From contig OZ241742.1 of NCBI GenBank assembly GCA_965200955.1, positions 3,911,072 to 3,975,071 of the forward strand: a stretch of 64,000 bases of DNA. The letters run 5' to 3'. The position numbers and the translations under genes are program-made. The DNA is from Rhodothermales bacterium (lineage in GTDB: Bacteria > Bacteroidota > Rhodothermia > Rhodothermales > Bin80). Below are positions 40,201-46,905 of the stretch, one piece after another; position 1 is the first letter of the stretch, and every line of letters begins with the position of its first letter. A model generated the notes under the pieces. The model saw nothing but the letters and a program-made list of their open reading frames with translations, searched no databases and was not told the DNA's origin.

Positions 40201-41541
40201 ACCACCATGGCTCGCAGGCACATTCCATGACAGGTTGATGATGCTACTGCCACCTGGGTTTGCTGTCAACGAGCGGGGAGGATCGGGGCGTACCGCCGTT
40301 CCCGTTGGTCGGGCACTGACAATATCCGAGATCGCACTATATCCAAGTGCATTACTGGCAGTCACATAGTAATAATAGGTCTTTTGAAACTCCAGATTCG
40401 TGTGCGTATAGGTTCTCGTCGTTGATGCAATATCTTCAGCGACGGGCATCCATCCTGCAGCTGTATTTTGGTCATTAAAACTAATGCTATAGCCTGTAAT
40501 CGGAGAACCTCCGTTGTCTGGTGCGGACCACGACAGGATAACGGAGGAGCCAGAGGCTTGGGCCGTCACTCCATCTGGGGCAGAGGGGGCAGAGATGGCA
40601 AGGGTTGTAGCACTGGTTACATTGGAGGGCTGTAAACTTTCACGATGTGTGTTGATCGCAAAGATCCTGTAGAAACGTCTAGCATTGGGAGACAGTCCGG
40701 TAACCGTATAAGACGTTTGCGTATTCCCCGTATTGGCGACCAGATTTGACCAGTTGGACGCATCCGTGGTATCGGGAGAGGACTGGATCCTGTATCCTGA
40801 AATCGGGGTTGAGCCCTCATTTTGAGGGGCACGCCAGGAAAGGTTGATGGATGTGCGGCGAATGGATGTTGCTCGCAGTGAGCTCGGCGCGTCTGGAGGA
40901 ATGCTCAAGGTGACATAAGATGCACTGGAAAAGACTTGTCTATCACCAGAAGCCTGAGTAAGGACACTATAGCCATAAGTGGTATTCAATGTTAAAGAAT
41001 TATCGGAATCTGTATAAGTAAATACACCTGCACTGGCTACAACTCCAATATATTCCCAAAAATCACCATTATCGTCGGTTCGATATATAAGATATCTTCT
41101 TACAGTTGCTCCTTGTGGTAGATCCGTCGGTGCATCCCAAGAAACTGTAATCTCACTGGAGGATGTCTGTGTAGCCATCACATTGGTGGCAACTCCAACA
41201 CCAGCTGCTAATGCAGTGCCCATGGCTACATTGGAGGGTGAACCCTCCCCATCCGAATTAACGGCACGAACCCGGAAATGAAAGGTTTGGCCAGGTGTGA
41301 GCCTGCTACTGTTTAAATTAAAATTATGATCGTTAATGTTGTCGATCAGATCATCCCAGGTAGAACCATCGGTAGACCACTCAATATTGTATCCCGTGAT
41401 ATCACTACCTCCATCATTGGATGGGGCATCCCAATAAATAGACATCCTATGAAAAAACGAAGACTCCAAATCAATAGTCGCATTCCTTGGGGGACCTGGA
41501 GGTGCTTGATATGTTCCCTCCTTCAGAGTGGGCGAGGCCAT
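37255..41541 (-). CDS. giant surface adhesin-like protein, paralog 1: ~10 Fn3 modules, Calx-beta-like domain, 4 cadherin-like (He_PIG/dystroglycan-type) modules, T9SS C-terminal domain. The annotated ORF lacks its signal peptide.
   Basis: Repeated ..INLSWTAP..GGS.ITGYRIQWS...YYRVYA.. (Fn3). VSFDAASSQVNEDGTTATVQVNV...ADYTIEGSGSITIAANATSANLSIAI (Calx-beta-like). LPDAVGGTQPYRYALTPDLPEGLEFD (x4). NYPNPFHRSTNLVFDLPW...GAYLYRIHA (T9SS tail). Confidence 0.85.
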   Translation of the reverse strand: MASPTLKEGTYQAPPGPPRNATIDLESSFFHRMSIYWDAPSNDGGSDITGYNIEWSTDGSTWDDLIDNINDHNFNLNSSRLTPGQTFHFRVRAVNSDGEGSPSNVAMGTALAAGVGVATNVMATQTSSSEITVSWDAPTDLPQGATVRRYLIYRTDDNGDFWEYIGVVASAGVFTYTDSDNSLTLNTTYGYSVLTQASGDRQVFSSASYVTLSIPPDAPSSLRATSIRRTSINLSWRAPQNEGSTPISGYRIQSSPDTTDASNWSNLVANTGNTQTSYTVTGLSPNARRFYRIFAINTHRESLQPSNVTSATTLAISAPSAPDGVTAQASGSSVILSWSAPDNGGSPITGYSISFNDQNTAAGWMPVAEDIASTTRTYTHTNLEFQKTYYYYVTASNALGYSAISDIVSARPTGTAVRPDPPRSLTANPGGSSIINLSWNVPASHGGAAITEYRMEWSADGTDGSWTDLTPNTMPPATSRQHTGLDEGTTRHYRVYAINSVGESTQPSNVAMATTTTGGEVAPDTPTSVRATASGQTTINLSWTAPTSSGSTPLFGYRIEVSEDAGTNWDDFSRTESFLTTSDAHRGLTAGTTRHYRIFSINHQGLESEASDVVSATTGTTTATAPSAPRTLRATASGQTTINLSWTAPSSTGGSSITGYRIQWSANGTSGWQNVSPAHTGTGRTYADTGLDPGTRRHYRVYASNSGGLESPASNVDDATTATTTTATAPTAPRLLRATASGQTTINLSWDGPSSTGGASITGYRIQWSTDGNDPWNNLTRTNSTATATTDSHTGLTAGTTRYYRVYAINSVGDSPASDVASATTSTTAATVPSVPRLLNASASGQTTINLSWTVPSSSGGSPITGYRIQWSTDGNDPWNNLTRTNTTATATTDSHTGLTAGTTRYYRVYASNSVGESAQPSNVASATTATGPSTGIAVSFDAASSQVNEDGTTATVQVNVNPASPSSLTITYSLGGTATENADYTIEGSGSITIAANATSANLSIAITNDQVDESNETIIVTLTSGAGYDLGNQNIHTLTIADDDDSDVQPLSFATTIPNQSFTVGVPIDEVVLPDAVGGTQPYRYALTPDLPEGLEFDATTQTLSGTPSKSISATTYTYMVTDDENATAIQTFTIEVIAPQALVFADSIENQMYPAGKAIADLVLPSAMGGVPPYDYTLTPDPPKGLTFEAETRTLSGTPPEVMDSQLYTYTVEDRAGTSTKRGFNIQVYTISFTETVPNQSYPRGQAIDPLVLPVVTGGVPPIQYTLTLFDLPFDLRFDAPSRTISGTPLEITPPISLTYTATDHHGAQDSLLFSIGVISPVHTDENPDLPQELRGYSNYPNPFHRSTNLVFDLPWPAQVQVEVMDVTGRRLVSTPSEYLTAGWGNEIELSDLNLPSGAYLYRIHATSLDDRSSSVYVGHFMSVK
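38730..40000 (-). repeat. tandem ~308-312-nt coding repeats (Fn3 modules of the 'ASGQTTINLSW' subfamily), part of a longer ~310-nt-period array reaching ~41.4 kb
   Basis: The signature ccaag(a/g)(a/g)ag(a/g)tt(g/a)at(c/g)gtcgt recurs at ~38983, 39293 and 39604, with a more divergent ccacgagagattgatcgtcgt copy at ~39912. ccactgtatgcggtatcccgt recurs at ~38930 and ~39239. Confidence 0.8.
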
Positions 41542-41684
41542 TGATTTACTCGCATCAAGGGCAACTAAAGTTGATGGATGTAAATCCTCGTCAGAGATTT
41601 CGCTAACTGAAACGGAGCTCTCATCATGATTTACCGAATCGGAATCGGCAAATCCATCAGGAGAGAGCTCAGAAATACTAGTGA

Positions 41685-41774
41685 CTAAAAAATGGGGGGG
41701 GGTATTTCGACTAATAAAGAATCACGCCCAGCGTTGGAAATCAGGAACGCGAACAAAAAGAAAGTAATGGGCAT
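41685..41774 (-). other. orphaned signal-peptide leader of adhesin paralog 1 (29 codons, out of frame with the body)
   Basis: ATG 41774: MPITFFLFAFLISNAGRDSLLVEIPPPIF*. It aligns with the paralog-2 N-terminus MSVISFFLLLAVIPGVASDSLHMDSSVLPPPNF. Confidence 0.7.
41694..41702. repeat. G9/C9 homopolymer at the leader/body junction of paralog 1
   Basis: Counted directly: ...aaaaaatGGGGGGGGGtatttcg... Confidence 0.95.
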
Positions 41775-42100
41775 TGCTTACGGCAAATAAAAGGGCTTTA
41801 ACATGATATCCTTTTCGGGGTTCCAGATCCACCTCATTCATCTTAATTGCGGTTTGAGGACATAAGATTCTCTCATCCGATCAAAACCCCTTTCAAAGAT
41901 AAGATGAATCGTTATATTTTTCTGTTCAAGAGGTAATTATGCTTGTTTTTACAAACATATCTATTTTGGATACAAGTCAACCATTGATTTAAGTTTTTCT
42001 ATCCACAAACGTCGGGGATGTCCGAAAATTAGTTGATGTTCAAATCTATAGGAACCGTCTACTGGTATCCTAATCCCTTCCATCCTATGAACATTGACCA

Positions 42101-43126
42101 ATGCTATTCCCTGAAGATTTTGGACAGTTACAGCAGACCTTAGATGAAGCTGGGGTCTCTGGGCACCAGTTACGTGTGTCTCTGTTACGCCATTGCAGTG
42201 ACTTGATCCAGCACCTCACCCACGATCTGGGGGTTCCCACACCTCTTGACCCTACTTCTGATTCTGCTCAAGAACCCAGTCATGCAGATCCAGAAGAAGA
42301 GACATCGACAGCGTCCTTGTCGTCGCCGAGTTTCCCCGAATATGGGGATGAAGCCGATCTCCATCGAGTTCGTATGGAGGCGTTGGATGTCTTTGATCAC
42401 CGCCGTCTTGACGAAGAGACTTATGCCGTGTTGTGGATGGATGTGCTTCGCGTCTGGGGTGCACCCTTTTTACTGTGTATGGGCTCTACGTTGGAAGGCG
42501 ATCGGCGTATGTTAGGATTTGAGCAGGCCTCCGCACAGAACATCGCCCGCGTGACGCATTTGTTTGAGTCGCTTCTCCATCGTGGATTATCGCTTGACAA
42601 TGGATTGCTTTGTATCACCCCCGTCACCGTCACTCTGGATCAGGTGTTAATGGAACTCGGGGGGGAGCACATTCGCCTGCAGCATTGCCATCTGCACAAG
42701 CGTGAACGGATCGTAAGTGTTCTCACCGAAGACCAACAAACCCAGATGCGGGGGCAGCTCAACCGTGCCTTCTCCATTCCTGATGCCAAACAAGCACGGG
42801 AGGCACTCTTGCAGATTCATGACCGTCTACTGCGATGGAATCGTTCGGCTGCTCAGCATCTGTTCAAGGATCTGGATGTATGTCTGACCCTGCATCAGAC
42901 CGGACTGTATGAGCAATTGAGTCGCAGTCTGTGCACGACGCATTGTGTCACCCATACCGTACAGTATATCAATCAGCGCCTACGAGACATCCGTCATTGG
43001 CTGCCTCCCCAGTCGCATCGTGCACAACTCGCACTGTTGCTTTTGGAACGCGAATCAAAGATGCATCGTCTCGCTCATGCTTCGTATCTTTCTTCTATGC
43101 AAACGTCTCTGTTTCCTTCCACATGA
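42101..43126 (+). CDS. degenerate IS256-type (Mutator-like) transposase paralog, N-terminally shortened, lacking two of three DDE residues
   Basis: It aligns with ORF2: YAVLWMDVLRV/YVALMIDGKYM (first D kept); GLLCITPVTV/GLLVCIDGAKG (second D lost); TTHCVTHTVQYINQRLRDIRHW/TTNIIESINSELEANLKRIKRW (E replaced by T). Confidence 0.65.
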   Translation: MLFPEDFGQLQQTLDEAGVSGHQLRVSLLRHCSDLIQHLTHDLGVPTPLDPTSDSAQEPSHADPEEETSTASLSSPSFPEYGDEADLHRVRMEALDVFDHRRLDEETYAVLWMDVLRVWGAPFLLCMGSTLEGDRRMLGFEQASAQNIARVTHLFESLLHRGLSLDNGLLCITPVTVTLDQVLMELGGEHIRLQHCHLHKRERIVSVLTEDQQTQMRGQLNRAFSIPDAKQAREALLQIHDRLLRWNRSAAQHLFKDLDVCLTLHQTGLYEQLSRSLCTTHCVTHTVQYINQRLRDIRHWLPPQSHRAQLALLLLERESKMHRLAHASYLSSMQTSLFPST

Positions 43127-43211
43127 TGAATCACCTTAGACGTTTACCAGGAAGAACGACAAAACCCCATTGGTTTTGCCGTTTTCATTCACCCTTTTAT
43201 TTATCCCTTTG

Positions 43212-44585
43212 ATGAAAACAACCTATCGAAAAGGTCTCCCCGAACGAGACAATGGCTTTCTGGAGCTCTTTGAAGAAGAGCTGCTTGATGATGTAAATGC
43301 AGGGAAGTTAGTAGATGATTATGTCATGATGGCCCAAGAGATCCTTGCTCTGCTACTCATTGACAATGAAGTGGAGCATTTATGTGGAGAACATGCAAAG
43401 CATGATGATGTGTATGAGGGGCGCTATAAACGGTGGGGATCCAACCCGGGCTCCATCAAGATTCAAGGGGAGCGACTGCCGATCAGGGTCCCCCGTGTCC
43501 GCGATATGGTGACCCAGAAAGAGGTTCCGCTCAAACGCTACCAGAAGTTGCGTAAACTGCCATCAAAGCAACAAGAGCATTTGAGCAATCAGGTCTTCTA
43601 TGGACTCACGCAACGCAATTATCGCAAAGTGGTCCGTACGTTCATCAATGGAATTGCTCCCTTCAAATCATCGGTCAGCGAGGAATTTATTGAGCAAAGT
43701 ACGCGGGAGCTGGAAGCGTATGAACGGCGCCAGATCGGATCCGAAACGTATGTGGCCCTTATGATTGACGGCAAGTATATGCGTGACCGGCAAATCTTAC
43801 TCTGTGTGGGCATTACCGAAGAGGGTCAGAAGCGCGTTCTAGGGTTTGCCGAAACGACGACCGAAAATGCTGAGGCGGTAGAGGGGTTATTGTTGAATCT
43901 GATTGAACGTGGCTTACGCTATGAGAAGGGACTGCTGGTATGTATTGATGGGGCTAAAGGGCTTCGTAAGGCGGTAGAGGATGTCTTTGGAGAGTATGCA
44001 CAGGTGCAACGTTGCACCTGGCACAAACGGGAGAATGTGCTGGGAAAAGTCAAGCAAGCGTCAAAACAACGTATCAAGTCTAAGCTGAATGAAGCGTATA
44101 AGACCAAAGAGTATGACGAAGCCAAGCAGAAGTTAGAGACCCTGTGTGATACGCTGGACAAAGAAGGAGAAGGCTTGGCTGCCAATAGCTTGCGGGAAGG
44201 CTTGGAGGAGACACTGACGCTTCAGAAACTCGGAGTGGTAGAAGAACTGGGCAGGAGTTTCCAGACGACCAACATCATTGAGAGCATCAATAGTGAGCTT
44301 GAAGCGAACCTCAAGCGGATCAAACGCTGGGTGAACTCAAGCCAGTATCACCGATGGACTGCCATGTCCATCATCAAGAGCGAGCAGAACTTCAACCCCA
44401 TTGCTGGATCCAGTCATCTACCAATTCTGCAGAAAGCACTTCTGGAGCGGGTGCCCTCCATGGAAAAGCCACCCGACCAGAGGCAAAATGAACACAAGAT
44501 ACCCCCGATGGATTCAATAGAATCTGTACATAGAGAGGAGATGAAGTCTCTCTCTAATCGGATAAAAATTCCGAACGTCAACTAA
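43212..44585 (+). CDS. IS256-family (Transposase_mut) DDE transposase, apparently intact
   Basis: ..RWGSNPGSIKIQGERLPIRVPRVRD.., YVALMIDGKY, VLGFAETTTENAEAVEGLLLNLIERGL, LLVCIDGAKGLRKAVEDVF, VQRCTWHKRENV, TTNIIESINSEL..IKRW. The stop codon lies inside the right IR. Confidence 0.85.
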   Translation: MKTTYRKGLPERDNGFLELFEEELLDDVNAGKLVDDYVMMAQEILALLLIDNEVEHLCGEHAKHDDVYEGRYKRWGSNPGSIKIQGERLPIRVPRVRDMVTQKEVPLKRYQKLRKLPSKQQEHLSNQVFYGLTQRNYRKVVRTFINGIAPFKSSVSEEFIEQSTRELEAYERRQIGSETYVALMIDGKYMRDRQILLCVGITEEGQKRVLGFAETTTENAEAVEGLLLNLIERGLRYEKGLLVCIDGAKGLRKAVEDVFGEYAQVQRCTWHKRENVLGKVKQASKQRIKSKLNEAYKTKEYDEAKQKLETLCDTLDKEGEGLAANSLREGLEETLTLQKLGVVEELGRSFQTTNIIESINSELEANLKRIKRWVNSSQYHRWTAMSIIKSEQNFNPIAGSSHLPILQKALLERVPSMEKPPDQRQNEHKIPPMDSIESVHREEMKSLSNRIKIPNVN

Positions 44586-44789
44586 TTTTCGGACATCCCC
44601 CAAACGTCTCATGTATCTTCACATCTTCTATAAAATTTTGGTGAGATTCGGTCCTTCTGATGATTGCTCTCAATCTTTGAGATGAGTTTTTTCTCACATC
44701 AATTTCACATCGGAAGTGACTCATTTTGAGTATCACACTTACAGTTTCAATTTGATTTAAAGCAATGGTTATTATGTTAACGCCTATGC

Positions 44790-45330
44790 GGGGCTTTGGT
44801 CATGCCGGGGGATCTAAAACTACAGGAATTCTTTCCCATCTGAAGGTAAATCTTCATCACCCTTATCATACAAAACACGCAATCAAAGACCTGCTTTTGC
44901 CTGTGTTTATGCACTGTGTATAAACAGGGGTATTTGCTTGGGGAGGTATGCACGGGTAGTGAACAAGTCTCAGGATGTGATAATCCCTATCAGAGAAGAG
45001 GCTGAAGAACATGTCACTGATCGCGTCATTTTTCGCCTTGATGCGGGATTCAATAGGGTGGATTGTAAGAAGATTTAGAGAGCAACGGATTGTTTTATGG
45101 TATTATCGTAACTCAGGAGTAACTGTGATCTTTATCTTTTGAAACGAGATTCATAAGAGCCTGCCGATGCTCTTGCTGGTTGCTTTTACGAAAGGGACAG
45201 ACTTAGAATCAAGAAAGACTGCGTCAAGATACTTTCCCGTCAATGTGCCTTGACTGGGGAGAATGTGGTGTTCAGTTTTCCCGAAAATCTATGTTCAGTG
45301 CATCTGTGCGAAAGGTAACCGCCGAACTCA
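44790..45330 (+). pseudogene. relic of a DDE transposase (IS4/IS1380-like), multiple frames and stops
   Basis: Fragments GYLLGEVCTGSEQVSG and IPIREEAEEHVTDRVIFRLDAGFNRVDCKKI* resemble the '..LLG..LR.GN..S..G....(V/I)..R.D(A/S)GF' block of that transposase group. Recognition is weak. Confidence 0.3.
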
Positions 45331-45447
45331 GTCCGAAATGCACACTAATTTTTACTTATCTGTGCGCTGTGAGGTAGAATTTGCTGGAATGGCTAAGTCT
45401 TCCACAAAATCAAACGTCCGAAAACAGAAAATCCCCTATGAAACTTA

Positions 45448-45471
45448 TGGGAATTATATCGCAAAGTAACA
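45448..45471 (+). repeat. left terminal inverted repeat of the tnpB element
   Basis: See the element entry; the first 13 nt are identical to the reverse complement of the right end. Confidence 0.8.
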
Positions 45472-45475
45472 AAAG

Positions 45476-46828
45476 ATGGAACCCTTCTATTTGGGAGAGT
45501 ATAAGAACAGACACAATAGGATAGACGGACAATCTACCCTATTGTTTACCATAACATCAACTGACTTTGATATCATGCCTGTTACAAAGGCTTCTAACCA
45601 TTCTAATCATTCCTGTTCCACTGCTTATCGTGGAATAGAGTACCGATTACTACCGGGCACCCAATATAAAGCCATGTTATTGCATGGATTGGTTGGAGCG
45701 TGTCTGTTTGTATGGAATGTAATCCTAAGACAGATTAACAGAGAATTCAAACATGAGGAGACGGAGAATCCTTCGTTATCCTTTTATTCCTTAATCAAGC
45801 GTTACCCGTCTTTGCGTAAAGAAACGGGTTGGTTGTCTAAGTATTCATCTGCGATTGTCCGTTACACCCTAAAAGGGCAATCCGAAGCATGGCAAGCGTT
45901 CTTCAAGGGAACGCGTGACCATCCTACGTTTCACAATAAGTACAAGCATAAAGCGTTTACGGCTCCTAAGGGGACATTCAGTATTGTAGACGACAATATT
46001 TACATTCAAAAGGTAGGCTGGATGAAGATGCGTAGAAAAGGTGGTAATCCTTATCCAAACGCTGAACCGATTGAAGTGACGGTGAAGAAAGAGGGTCGAT
46101 ACTGGAAGATGAGCGTTCTTTACAAAATCTTTGATCTGCCAGAAAGAGAGGATGATGGCAAAGAGATCGGTATTGACTTAAACACCTATAACATCGCGTA
46201 TTCTTCCAGTGACGGTGAACGAGGCATGTGTTCTTTACCTAATCTGACCGATAAAGAAATAAGGATTCGCAGGTATCAACGTAAATTAGCCAGACAGCAA
46301 AAAGGATCTGGACGATTCAAGCGAACCAAACGGAAGATCAACAAGTGGAAGCGGAAACAGAAGAACTGCCGAGTCAATGCGGCACATCAAAACAGTAGGG
46401 CCTTGTCCAACAAGGCTTACACCTTGAAGCGTGAAGACTTGAAGATCAAGAACATGTCCAAGTCAGCCAAGGGTACGATTGAAGATCCTGGCAAGAATGT
46501 GAAAGCCAAAGCAGGATTGAACCGCGTCATTCAGAACGCTGGATGGAGCAGGTTTAATTCCTACTGCGATTACAAGTTTGGTAACGTAGTGCTTGTAGAT
46601 CCTAAGTATACTTCTCAGAAATGTAATGCTTGTGGCTATACCAGCAAGGAGAATCGGACGACGCAAAGTAGATTTAAGTGTATGTCCTGTGGGCATACGG
46701 ATCACGCAGATCTGAACGCATCTGCGAATGTACTCTTGGCCTTCGGGATTGGGGCATCTGCACGTGGAGGAGCGTTCTCGTTAGAGACTCCTATGAGCCG
46801 TGAAATGGATCAGTCAGTAGCTATATAA
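45476..46828 (+). CDS. tnpB: TnpB (RuvC-like RNA-guided nuclease, OrfB_Zn_ribbon), catalytic triad present
   Basis: YRGIEYRLLPG.. N-terminal strand; RuvC-I IGIDLN; RuvC-II LKREDLKIKNM; zinc ribbon CNACGYTS...CMSCGH; RuvC-III TDHADLNASANV. The true start may be the internal ATG (MPVTK, ~45575). Confidence 0.9.
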   Translation: MEPFYLGEYKNRHNRIDGQSTLLFTITSTDFDIMPVTKASNHSNHSCSTAYRGIEYRLLPGTQYKAMLLHGLVGACLFVWNVILRQINREFKHEETENPSLSFYSLIKRYPSLRKETGWLSKYSSAIVRYTLKGQSEAWQAFFKGTRDHPTFHNKYKHKAFTAPKGTFSIVDDNIYIQKVGWMKMRRKGGNPYPNAEPIEVTVKKEGRYWKMSVLYKIFDLPEREDDGKEIGIDLNTYNIAYSSSDGERGMCSLPNLTDKEIRIRRYQRKLARQQKGSGRFKRTKRKINKWKRKQKNCRVNAAHQNSRALSNKAYTLKREDLKIKNMSKSAKGTIEDPGKNVKAKAGLNRVIQNAGWSRFNSYCDYKFGNVVLVDPKYTSQKCNACGYTSKENRTTQSRFKCMSCGHTDHADLNASANVLLAFGIGASARGGAFSLETPMSREMDQSVAI

Positions 46829-46874
46829 ATGGTTACTTATGGATATAATTCCCAAACTTAACCTCAATGCAGGG
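46690..46874 (+). ncRNA. predicted omega/reRNA region of TnpB (scaffold over the tnpB 3' end and right end, guide = flanking ~16-20 nt AACTTAACCTCAATGCAGGG)
   Basis: This is by analogy with characterised TnpB systems. A 45-nt block (46766-46810) is identical in the truncated copy (26762-26806) although the neighbouring coding sequence has diverged. Boundaries are not determinable from sequence alone. Confidence 0.35.
46831..46854 (+). repeat. right terminal inverted repeat of the tnpB element
   Basis: GGTTACTTATGGATATAATTCCCA, also present at 26830-26853 and 27603-27626. Confidence 0.8.
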
Positions 46875-46905
46875 CTATCAAAGAATGATTCTGGGTAAAT
46901 TTTTA

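Larger units (their letters stand above)
42009..44607 (+). mobile_element. IS256-family-like element, 2.6 kb, carrying two transposase-related ORFs
   Basis: It is bounded by inverted repeats ACGTCGGGGATGTCCGAAAATTAGTTGA (42009-42036) and its complement TCAACTAATTTTCGGACATCCCCCAAACGT (44578-44607), with a 23-nt perfect core. No internal IR copy and no obvious target-site duplication were seen. Confidence 0.75.
45448..46854 (+). mobile_element. tnpB-only element (IS200/IS605-superfamily cargo) bounded by 24-bp imperfect terminal inverted repeats and flanked by AACTTA direct repeats
   Basis: Left end TGGGAATTATATCGCAAAGTAAC(A) at 45448-45471. Right end GGTTACTTATGGATATAATTCCCA at 46831-46854, whose reverse complement is TGGGAATTATATCCATAAGTAACC (20/24 identical). 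AACTTA occurs at 45442-45447 and 46855-46860. Confidence 0.75.

Noticed and set aside
37813-41544. Numerous 60-110-aa ORFs on both strands inside the adhesin genes (also 50352-52527), several recurring with similar sequences.
   Set aside because: They are by-products of the ~310-nt tandem coding repeats and the codon bias of the Fn3 genes. They overlap a far longer, domain-rich ORF.
43127-43211. Possibility that the 2.6-kb IS256-like unit is one IS inserted into another.
   Set aside because: No additional copy of the terminal inverted repeat is present between the two ORFs. Only a 6-nt ACGTTT match exists at ~43152. A simple nested insertion is therefore not supported.
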